DNA of 40,467 nucleotides, taken from positions 1 to 40,467 of IMG/VR virus record IMGVR_UViG_3300022930_000015. One strand, written 5' to 3'. The position numbers and the translations under genes are program-made. The first letter of the stretch is position 1. Each line of letters starts with the position of its first letter. Under the pieces are notes generated by a model. That model was not told where the DNA came from. It did not search any database and saw nothing but the letters and a program-made list of their open reading frames with translations. Source of the DNA: a virus. Lineage: Duplodnaviria; Caudoviricetes. This document shows, piece after piece, positions 7,981 to 15,666 of the stretch.

Positions 7981-8009
7981 ATTATAAATGCATAAGCAAG
8001 AAAAATCAA
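7981..8009 (-). promoter_or_regulatory. Antisense promoter in the rep leader
   Basis: TTGATT-17 nt-TATAAT on the minus strand. Confidence 0.7.
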
Positions 8010-8146
8010 TAGGGTATAAATACCAATTTACAAAAGAATGTAGCCAAATAGTTACATCAATCAAAAATCGATTTACAAAAACAAAGATTAAGAATAAATT
8101 AAAAGCTATTAATTTAACTAGCCTACAAGGGGTTAGATATGTATAG
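7988..8146 (+). CDS. Putative rep leader peptide, 52 aa (not in ORF track)
   Basis: AAGGA RBS at 7974-7978; MHKQEKSIGYKY...GVRYV*; its stop lies just past the rep ATG at 8139. Confidence 0.55.
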   Translation: MHKQEKSIGYKYQFTKECSQIVTSIKNRFTKTKIKNKLKAINLTSLQGVRYV

Positions 8147-9647
8147 TTCTACAGTTTTTCAAAAATCTAATTTTCTTATTAATTTAAAAAATCAACACAC
8201 AACTCTTGAACAAAAGTTCATTAATAATACGTTATACCATGTTTACAATATGGAAAATGCTTTAATTAATGCAGTTTATAGCAAAGAATTTATTAATATT
8301 TTGGGTAGCTATAAATCAACCCAACTAAAAGCTTATAAAATCTTTGACGGCATAATGAAAAAGCCTATGCATTTTATTGAGCCGACTGATGAAGAGTTTA
8401 ACATAGTACATATGTTCGCTAGTACAAAGCTAAGTAAACAAGAAAAATTAATATATTTTCAATTATCAGAAGAATATAAAAAGTATTGTTTTATCAAGAA
8501 CAAAAGTGATGATGAATTAATTAAACTTGGATTTACCAATTTGGACATTGAAAGTATAAATAATCTAAGTGGGAAGCACGCAATCAAAGGTTATGAGATA
8601 TTTAAGTCTGAATGTTTTGCAAGTAAAAAAATAGAAATTTGCCCAAAAGAACTGTATCAAAAATTAGGAATTGAAAGCAATTTTTATGATAGCTACTTTC
8701 AATTTAAGGCAAAATTATTAAAGCCAATGATAGAGCAAATAAATGACGTTTGCAAAGATTTTAAATTACTAAAATATGAGCCTATTAAAAATTTTGCTGG
8801 TAAAATCGTTAAAATAGAGCTTATTTGCCAAAAAATAGAGCCAAAAGAAACTACAATCTTTGCACCTAGTCAAGAAATAAAGCCAATAGCAACCCCAACA
8901 CCTAATCCAGTTGAGGCAGGAATCAACTTACCTAGCCCAGTTGCTTATATGATTAATTTAGGCGGTAAAAAAGCGGAATTAATGAGTTTTTGGAATGATG
9001 ATAAACAGGCTTATTTAACAGCATATAACGCCGTTAAATCATATAAAAAACCTGATCCATTAGTAAATCCAATAGGCTATTTTAAAAACTCTTACAACAA
9101 CATTATTCAATCAAAAGAGATTATAGTTGAAGAGGCTAAACCACAAGACCCAAAAGCCTCTTTTATATATCAAAACGATAAATATGCTGGAATACACAAA
9201 AATAATTGTGAAAATTCTTTAGGGCAAAAATACCAAACAGCCCAAGAATATAGTGAGTCTACTAAGCCAACAGAGGAAGATAAGGCTAATTTTGAGAGTC
9301 TAAAAGAGCAAGTAAAAAATAGATGGGAGGTATTGGCAGAAAATGAAAAAATTGATGTTTTAAATTCACTAGCTAAAGGTGAGAATATGCCTAAAAGTAT
9401 AATTACTTTGGCTAAACAGGCAATTGAACATAAAAAATTAGATTTTAATTATTTAAGTTCCAATGTACAATTTTTTGGATTTTTCAGCAATAGAGTAAAT
9501 GTAAAAACAGATAAATTGAAAGAGGTTTGTACAAATTCCTTACTCCAAATCCCCAATAAAACCCCCGCGAAGCCCCTGCTTGAACTAATAGAGGGCGGAT
9601 TAAGGGATTTGAACTGTGGTACTTGGACGGGGGAATTGGCTTTATGA
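8139..9647 (+). CDS. Plasmid-type replication initiator, Rep_3 family, with long C-terminal extension
   Basis: KSNFLI..LEQK, FT.LDIESINNLSGKHAIKGYE, EL..KLG...Y..FK..LLKP.IEQIN and YEPIK..G.IVKI match the Rep_3 pattern; adjacent to iterons. Confidence 0.85.
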   Translation: MYSSTVFQKSNFLINLKNQHTTLEQKFINNTLYHVYNMENALINAVYSKEFINILGSYKSTQLKAYKIFDGIMKKPMHFIEPTDEEFNIVHMFASTKLSKQEKLIYFQLSEEYKKYCFIKNKSDDELIKLGFTNLDIESINNLSGKHAIKGYEIFKSECFASKKIEICPKELYQKLGIESNFYDSYFQFKAKLLKPMIEQINDVCKDFKLLKYEPIKNFAGKIVKIELICQKIEPKETTIFAPSQEIKPIATPTPNPVEAGINLPSPVAYMINLGGKKAELMSFWNDDKQAYLTAYNAVKSYKKPDPLVNPIGYFKNSYNNIIQSKEIIVEEAKPQDPKASFIYQNDKYAGIHKNNCENSLGQKYQTAQEYSESTKPTEEDKANFESLKEQVKNRWEVLAENEKIDVLNSLAKGENMPKSIITLAKQAIEHKKLDFNYLSSNVQFFGFFSNRVNVKTDKLKEVCTNSLLQIPNKTPAKPLLELIEGGLRDLNCGTWTGELAL

Positions 9648-9862
9648 ACACCTATCATCAAAATTTAGTTAAAAAAATGGGTTTACTAAGCAAAATATTA
9701 CTAATTTATTTATATAGCCACGGCTTAAAAAGAAATATTTTATTTTTCAATGCCGTAAGTTTTCAAAAGTTTTGTTATGAGCTAGGCATGACAAAGATTG
9801 GATTTCCAAAAATTGAAAACTCTTTAAAAGAATGTAAAAATTTATTAAAGGGGTTTGCATGA
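9644..9862 (+). CDS. Hypothetical protein (probable start at ATG 9644)
   Basis: ATGA overlap with the rep stop codon. Confidence 0.55.
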   Translation: MNTYHQNLVKKMGLLSKILLIYLYSHGLKRNILFFNAVSFQKFCYELGMTKIGFPKIENSLKECKNLLKGFA

Positions 9863-10083
9863 GTCAAATAGAGCTATGCAAGTATTTCATAGAACACTGC
9901 ACGCTTGATTTGCCGAGAGAGCAGGTTAGACTATATTTAAAACAGTTAGAGGCAGAAAATGGATAATAAATTTATGGATAAAGTAGCTAAGGAGCTTGAG
10001 TATTTACTCCCTATTCCAAAAAAGCCTTTACAACAGCCTAAAAATCCTTGTCAGCAGTGTCAAAAAATGAAAGAGGGTAAACC

Positions 10084-10299
10084 ATGCCAACAACAGAGCT
10101 AACTAAAAGTGAGAAATGGGATTTTTTAAAAAGTAGAGGCTGGTATCAGTATTATAACGATGAATATTGGTGCAATGAAAAAATGAAAAATCACAATAAC
10201 TTTAAAGGCTTACAGGGGTTTTCTCCTGAGGACTGTGGTAAATCAACTGATGAAGCATACAATTATGAGGTTAAAGAATGCCAACAGCCCACGAACTAA
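10084..10299 (+). CDS. Hypothetical protein
   Basis: 71-aa ORF with a GAGGG RBS. Confidence 0.65.
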   Translation: MPTTELTKSEKWDFLKSRGWYQYYNDEYWCNEKMKNHNNFKGLQGFSPEDCGKSTDEAYNYEVKECQQPTN

Positions 10300-10436
10300 G
10301 AACAGAATACGTCTTTAACAAGGTTCGTATAAAAGAGTGTCAAGGCTTCTCAAAAGATGAAGCTAGAAACCTAGATGAGCGAAATTTTAGCATTCTAAAA
10401 GAGTTGGAAGTTATAAAACAAGAGGAAATGTCATAA
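10278..10436 (+). CDS. Hypothetical protein, 52 aa (not in ORF track)
   Basis: GAGGT RBS; MPTAHELRTEYVFNK... Confidence 0.5.
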   Translation: MPTAHELRTEYVFNKVRIKECQGFSKDEARNLDERNFSILKELEVIKQEEMS

Positions 10437-10715
10437 CTAAAAGTTAGTATATTAAACCAGCCAAGTTTAATTTTTTAACAATCTAAGACTTGAAATTTTA
10501 TAGGGTAGCTTGGCTGGTTTTATGTATTGAGATTTAGTATAATTTAAGAGCATATTATTTAGTTAAAAAATGACTGCTAGGAATAGACTAGCACCTAGAA
10601 TTAAAACGGTTTTCTTTCTCCCTTAAGTTGTTAGCCGTTTTTATTGTGGGTTTTTATAAATATTACTATTTTTATGGAGTAGCCCACTTTAATTATAAAA
10701 AGAAAGCGAGTAAAT

Positions 10716-11069
10716 ATGAGTGAAGTTGAACAGGTAGAAACACCGCAAGAATGGATAGAGGCTAGAAAAGTTATAGCCCTTAAATTAGAAAGCATAAGGG
10801 AGTATATCCAATTAGCAATTGAAGATGTTAAAGAATATCATAAACTAGATAAAAATTGGTATGTTGGCTTAGAGGATAGTTTAAACCATGCAAGACGCGT
10901 CACTTCACAATATCAAAATTATGACTATGATAAGAGGTCATACGCAATTTATGATGAAGAAACCTATAAACAAGATATTGAAGAAGAAAAAGAGGAATGT
11001 ACTGAAACAAAAGCACAAGAAGCTTTAGGACATCAGAGAACACAAGATGATATTAAACGTGCTAGTTAA
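10716..11069 (+). CDS. Hypothetical acidic protein
   Basis: 117-aa ORF after a structured intergenic leader. Confidence 0.65.
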   Translation: MSEVEQVETPQEWIEARKVIALKLESIREYIQLAIEDVKEYHKLDKNWYVGLEDSLNHARRVTSQYQNYDYDKRSYAIYDEETYKQDIEEEKEECTETKAQEALGHQRTQDDIKRAS

Positions 11070-11086
11070 TGCTTACCAAATAATAC

Positions 11087-11380
11087 ATGACTAACTACGC
11101 CAAAAAGGTAGACGCTAATCAAGCCTCAATTGTTAAAGTATTTAGACAAATGGGGTTTAGTGTCCAACACCTACATACTCAAGCATCAGGGTGTCCAGAT
11201 TTAATGATTGGTAAGGCTGGCGTAAATTACTTGGTAGAGATAAAAGACGGTTCTAAACCGCCCAGCAAGTCAAAGTTAAACGAGCTACAAGAGAAATGGT
11301 TTAAGGAATGGAACGGGCAGGCTATAGTGATAAAATCGATTGATGACGCGGTTAATTTTTGCAACCAGTTAAGTAAGTAA
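11087..11380 (+). CDS. PD-(D/E)xK nuclease, VRR-NUC / Holliday-junction-resolvase-like
   Basis: KVDANQ..IV, GCPDL, LVEIKDG and LNELQ..WF..W.GQ motifs. Confidence 0.85.
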   Translation: MTNYAKKVDANQASIVKVFRQMGFSVQHLHTQASGCPDLMIGKAGVNYLVEIKDGSKPPSKSKLNELQEKWFKEWNGQAIVIKSIDDAVNFCNQLSK

Positions 11381-11399
11381 GTTTTTATAGGATAAATTT

Positions 11400-11747
11400 A
11401 TGCCAAGTTATATGATGTCAGGTGCATTACCAGTAACACAAGATTATAAATACACTCCATATATTCCAAAAGACTGTGTTTATGACAAACCTAAACCAGT
11501 TAGACTGTTTGAAAGGCAGAAAACAAGCTATAAATCTTTAATAGCTTTCAAAAAGAATAATATGGATTTATTGCAAAGTAATGATGATTTGGCTTTACAG
11601 TATGCATTAGTGGCTAGTTGCTATACTTACGTGCATGAGCGTAATTTTAGCCTAGCTGAATCAGATAAAAAAGACTTAATTGATAGATTTATAAAGCATA
11701 GAAATAAATTTAATGGGTTTTTTAAAATAACCAAGTTTAGGGTTTGA
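11400..11747 (+). CDS. Hypothetical protein
   Basis: 115-aa ORF with an AGGA RBS. Confidence 0.6.
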   Translation: MPSYMMSGALPVTQDYKYTPYIPKDCVYDKPKPVRLFERQKTSYKSLIAFKKNNMDLLQSNDDLALQYALVASCYTYVHERNFSLAESDKKDLIDRFIKHRNKFNGFFKITKFRV

Positions 11748-11804
11748 AGCGGTGACAAAATGTGACCGTTTGAATTGAAGTGTCCGCAAAAAGCGGACTG
11801 TTGG

Positions 11805-12056
11805 TTATTTAGATTTTAATAATTCATCGATTTTAGGCTTAACATAATGATAAATAAAACTATCCTGATTATCTAAGTGCATACTATCGTAATCATCGCC
11901 GTATTCATCTTGTAGAAATCCATCTAATTTTTTTACTTTTTTATCCGTTTCTATTTTTAAACTTTGCAACTTTACAATGCTTAATTTTGATAATTGTTTT
12001 TGTAAAATATCTGTGCATAGTTGCGGATTTGTTTCTAGTAGTTTGTTAATTTTCAT
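11805..12056 (-). CDS. Hypothetical protein of the leftward moron-like cassette (probable start MKINK)
   Basis: GGAGA RBS and ATGA overlap with the upstream gene. Confidence 0.6.
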   Translation of the reverse strand: MKINKLLETNPQLCTDILQKQLSKLSIVKLQSLKIETDKKVKKLDGFLQDEYGDDYDSMHLDNQDSFIYHYVKPKIDELLKSK

Positions 12057-12265
12057 TTTATTTCTCCATGTTCGTTTAGTAATTTTAGGGCTTTTTTTAC
12101 CCAAATAGTTTTATTTGATATTTTACTCAACATCAAAATTAGTTCGGGTTCTTTTATATGTACTAAAAGAGTTTTAATTTCTCCATTTTTTCTTAATTTA
12201 TCATAAAATTTTTTAGAACTTAAAGCTCTAAGATTTTTGCTATGTTCTGTTTTTGCATTAGGCAT
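12053..12265 (-). CDS. Small basic protein, possibly DNA-binding (probable start MPNAK)
   Basis: GGAG RBS at the end of the upstream gene; lysine-rich. Confidence 0.55.
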   Translation of the reverse strand: MPNAKTEHSKNLRALSSKKFYDKLRKNGEIKTLLVHIKEPELILMLSKISNKTIWVKKALKLLNEHGEIK

Positions 12266-12266
12266 A

Positions 12267-12734
12267 TTATGCTCCATATTGTGCTAAAAATTTTACAACT
12301 AATCTTTTATTGATTAAATAATTTTTCTTAAAAATTAAAGGCTTAGTGGTATTTATGTTTGAATTTAAATTTCCTTGTAAAAATCCAGTATTTATATATT
12401 CTGTTACTTGAAATTTATTTTCGCACGATGAATTATGCCAATGATTGCTTACTCTAATATTTTTCAAATAAATAGATGTTTTAGATTTATTTATTGATAT
12501 AGGCTTATTTAAAATTTTAGTAAGTTTAATTTGTTTATTAATATTACTCTCTTTTATTGTGCAAGGGATTGTTAAAAACGACTTTTGCAAACTTGAGGTA
12601 ATTTTACATAATTCATTATTTTTGCTATTAAATTCTTTTACTATTTTTTTTCTGCCGTCAAAGTTTAATTTTTCTGCTTGAATTCTTAATGAATGAACTA
12701 TTTTTTTTATTTCAAAATATTTTACTGTATTCAT
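12267..12734 (-). CDS. Hypothetical basic protein, first gene of the leftward cassette
   Basis: 155 aa, contains IRVSNHW; AAGGCGG RBS; very AT-rich. Confidence 0.65.
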   Translation of the reverse strand: MNTVKYFEIKKIVHSLRIQAEKLNFDGRKKIVKEFNSKNNELCKITSSLQKSFLTIPCTIKESNINKQIKLTKILNKPISINKSKTSIYLKNIRVSNHWHNSSCENKFQVTEYINTGFLQGNLNSNINTTKPLIFKKNYLINKRLVVKFLAQYGA

Positions 12735-12768
12735 TTTGTCCGCCTTTTTTGTTTGTTTCTATATTTAA

Positions 12769-12797
12769 ATTATATTACTATATTCACAGTAATACAA
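12769..12797 (-). promoter_or_regulatory. Promoter of the leftward cassette with an internal palindrome
   Basis: TTGTAT-17 nt-TATAAT; TATTACT-N8-AGTAATA inverted repeat spans the spacer. Confidence 0.7.
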
Positions 12798-13077
12798 GTA
12801 ATATCTTAAATTAATCCAAAAATAAATTAAAAGCTATATTCCATAAGGGTTTGCTAAGGGATAATAACCTATTAATTGTGCGGTTATAAGCTTATCGAAC
12901 TTATCGAATAACTAGAATAGTTCAATCGGTGACAAATTGTCACTGGTTGAAATTGTGAACTATGCGTTTTGTGCATAATTCAAGATGTAATTTAAAAATA
13001 CAACAATTTATTTATTTAAATAGAACTTTATTAATAGCTAATTTAAACTTTAAGTACTATAACTATTGGGATAAACT

Positions 13078-13626
13078 ATGTCATTAACTACATCTTTACC
13101 ATTTGCAATATTTAACGGCGTTCCTGTAATTAGAATTAAAGAGACCCTTTGGAAAGTTAAAACCGCTTTTACGGGTGCGACAGTAGGCGATATTGTATTT
13201 AAATGTGATTTTGAAAGCTTTTTTAATACATCAGACGGCGGAACTGAAATAAAACCTTACTATACATATTACTGGAATGTTAATACTAAACAAGAACTTG
13301 CAGATAATGCTGTAGATTTGGCTAATTTAACATTTATTCAAGATACAACCGCAGGGGCAGGTTCTAGCGTTGTTACTAATGTAACACTAAACAATGCTAC
13401 TGTTGCAGGAAATACTACAGCTAATTATAGTAATGTTAAAAGTGCTATTGTTGCAGGAACTGGCAATCTTTTAAATCCTTTATTGCCTAGTACTGTAAAT
13501 ATAAACGGGGCTACATTTCCAACTAATGTGCCTATAATTGTACCTATTCCTAGCGGTTCAAAATTAACTAATAATCTTGTAATTAATCCTGTAAATATAG
13601 CCGTATCAGTTTTGTATACAACTTAA
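13078..13626 (+). CDS. Probable virion-associated beta-rich protein, paralogue of 29783..30601
   Basis: Thr/Val/Asn-rich; shares V.TAFTG...D and YY.N....L.D..V...N.T.I blocks with 29783..30601. Confidence 0.6.
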   Translation: MSLTTSLPFAIFNGVPVIRIKETLWKVKTAFTGATVGDIVFKCDFESFFNTSDGGTEIKPYYTYYWNVNTKQELADNAVDLANLTFIQDTTAGAGSSVVTNVTLNNATVAGNTTANYSNVKSAIVAGTGNLLNPLLPSTVNINGATFPTNVPIIVPIPSGSKLTNNLVINPVNIAVSVLYTT

Positions 13627-13660
13627 GTACAAAATTATTACAAATAAATTCATATGATTG

Positions 13661-13689
13661 TTGCATTTTATGAATTTATTTCATATAAT
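13661..13689 (+). promoter_or_regulatory. Sigma70-type promoter upstream of the terminase genes
   Basis: TTGCAT-17 nt-TATAAT. Confidence 0.6.
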
Positions 13690-13719
13690 TATTTTATAAT
13701 ATATATGAAAGGGTGTAAC

Positions 13720-14250
13720 GTGGCGAAAACTAAGGCTAAACCAAAAGTTGAAGCTACGAACGAGCCTAAAAATAAAGGTGGCAGACCTACAAAATATACT
13801 AAAGATGTTGGTGATGAAATTTGTGCAAGATTAATAGCCGATGAAACTTTAAGAAGTATCTGCCAAGATGAACATATGCCAGCTAGAGGAAATATTTTTG
13901 TTTGGTTAGCCAGTTCTAATGAGATATACAAAGGCTTTCAAGACCAATACGCTCGAGCTATGGAAATTCGCCTAGATTTAATGGAGCATGATTTACTTGA
14001 TATTGCAGATGATAGTAGGCTCGATACATTAACTAAAGAGGGTAAAAACGGCGAGCTTTATGAAGTAGCAAATGGTGAGTGGGTGGGTAGGGCTAGGCTG
14101 ATGGTTGATACCCGCAAATGGATTTTATCTAAACGTCGAGCTAAAAAATATGGCGATAAAGCAGGTGAAGAAGAAAACAAAGGCAACAAGCCAATAAATA
14201 TTAATATTTACAAAGGCGATAATCCAGATGTTGAGGTTAATAACGAATAA
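13720..14250 (+). CDS. terS: Terminase small subunit (Sf6 gp1-like); probable GTG start at 13720
   Basis: GRPTKYT, ETLRSIC.DEHMP, F.DQYARA, DIADD and R.RL.VDTRKW..SK..KKYGDK motifs; AAGGG RBS. Confidence 0.9.
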   Translation: MAKTKAKPKVEATNEPKNKGGRPTKYTKDVGDEICARLIADETLRSICQDEHMPARGNIFVWLASSNEIYKGFQDQYARAMEIRLDLMEHDLLDIADDSRLDTLTKEGKNGELYEVANGEWVGRARLMVDTRKWILSKRRAKKYGDKAGEEENKGNKPININIYKGDNPDVEVNNE

Positions 14251-15666
14251 ATGAACCTACCGCATAATTGGCGACCTAGACATTATCAAAAGCCGTCATG
14301 GAACTATTTAAACAGCAAGCGGTATGATATACATTGTGAGTTAGTACACCCTAGACAGCATGGCAAAGATGATATATTACTAAATTTTGAGGTGTGTTAT
14401 GCAGTACAACATCAAGGTAGTTATTTACATTTACTACCACAGCATAACCAAGTACGCAAAGCAATATGGAGTATGATAAATCCATTTACTGGTAAGCGTA
14501 GAATAGACGAACGTATACCGCATGAGATACGTAAAAAAACTCTAGAAACTGAAATGAAAATAATACTGTTTAATGATAGCAGTATACAGTTTAGCGGTTC
14601 AGACAATTACGATGCATTGGTAGGTGGTTCGTATAATGGCGTAGGTTGGTCGGAGTGGGCTTTAAGCAACCCTAACTCTAGTAGTTATTTAGAGCCGATA
14701 TTGGATATGAACGGCGGGTATCGTGTGTATGTTACCACTCCACGTGGTCGCAATCATGCATATACCAGCTTACAACTAGCCAAAGAAAGTAAGGGCAGTT
14801 TTGGCGAAGTACTAAGTGCTTATGACTGCGGAGTTTACAGCCATGAAAAGCTAGAAACGATAAAGCAAAGATATATAGCTAGTTATGGTTATGAATATGG
14901 TACGGCTAGATTTGAACAAGAATATTTATGTTCATTCGATGCTGCGAATTTAGGTGCAATTTTAGCTAGAGATTTAACAATAGCAGAACGTGAGGGGCGT
15001 GTAGCTGATGATGTAATTTATCAAAGACAACACGGTTCTATAATAGTTAGTAGTGATTTAGGGCATAGAGATGCTAGCACATGGTGGTTTTGGCAGGTTT
15101 ATAGAGATAGTTCGGGGCAAGCAAGGCGTAAAGTAATAGACTGCTTAGACGGCTGGGGTATTAAAGCCCATGAGTGGTGCGACAAGATACAGTTAATATT
15201 AGATAAGTACAGTAATGATTTAGGTTGTATTTGGCTACCTCATGACGGCAAGGCTGAAACTGCTAGTGCTGAAAATACTTGGCAAGAAACTTTTGCACGT
15301 AAATTTGGTTGGTCTAAAGTAAAGATTGTACCAAAGACTAGTATATTTGATAGGGTAAATTGTGCTAGAACTACAGTTAGTACAGTTGAATTTAATAAAA
15401 CTAACTGCAAAAAAGGTTTAGACGGCTTAACTTCTTGGAGCTATGATTATGATGATGAAAAGAAAGACTTTAGCGATAAACCTAGACATGATTGGGCTAG
15501 TCATTACGGCGACGGATTTAGTTATGGTTGCCAAGTAATGAGGGCTGATAATAGTATATTAATACCGAGTGGCAATGAAGTATCAAGCTATAATCAAATG
15601 ACGTACAACGACTTAAAAAATAGTTATAATAATGAATACAATTATGGCAATAACCGCAGAATATGA
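14251..15666 (+). CDS. terL: Terminase large subunit
   Basis: PRHYQ Q-motif, Walker A PRQHGKD, TTPRGRN, FEQEYLCSF, nuclease DLG..D, LPHD and P.HDWASH..D.F.Y motifs. Confidence 0.95.
   Translation: MNLPHNWRPRHYQKPSWNYLNSKRYDIHCELVHPRQHGKDDILLNFEVCYAVQHQGSYLHLLPQHNQVRKAIWSMINPFTGKRRIDERIPHEIRKKTLETEMKIILFNDSSIQFSGSDNYDALVGGSYNGVGWSEWALSNPNSSSYLEPILDMNGGYRVYVTTPRGRNHAYTSLQLAKESKGSFGEVLSAYDCGVYSHEKLETIKQRYIASYGYEYGTARFEQEYLCSFDAANLGAILARDLTIAEREGRVADDVIYQRQHGSIIVSSDLGHRDASTWWFWQVYRDSSGQARRKVIDCLDGWGIKAHEWCDKIQLILDKYSNDLGCIWLPHDGKAETASAENTWQETFARKFGWSKVKIVPKTSIFDRVNCARTTVSTVEFNKTNCKKGLDGLTSWSYDYDDEKKDFSDKPRHDWASHYGDGFSYGCQVMRADNSILIPSGNEVSSYNQMTYNDLKNSYNNEYNYGNNRRI

Noticed and set aside
1151-9661. 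Opposite-strand ORFs at 1151, 1472, 5064 and 9449
   Set aside because: They are shadows of better-supported overlapping genes.
13654-13719. Longer terS start at 13654
   Set aside because: It overlaps a promoter-like TTGCAT/TATAAT; GTG at 13720 has an RBS.
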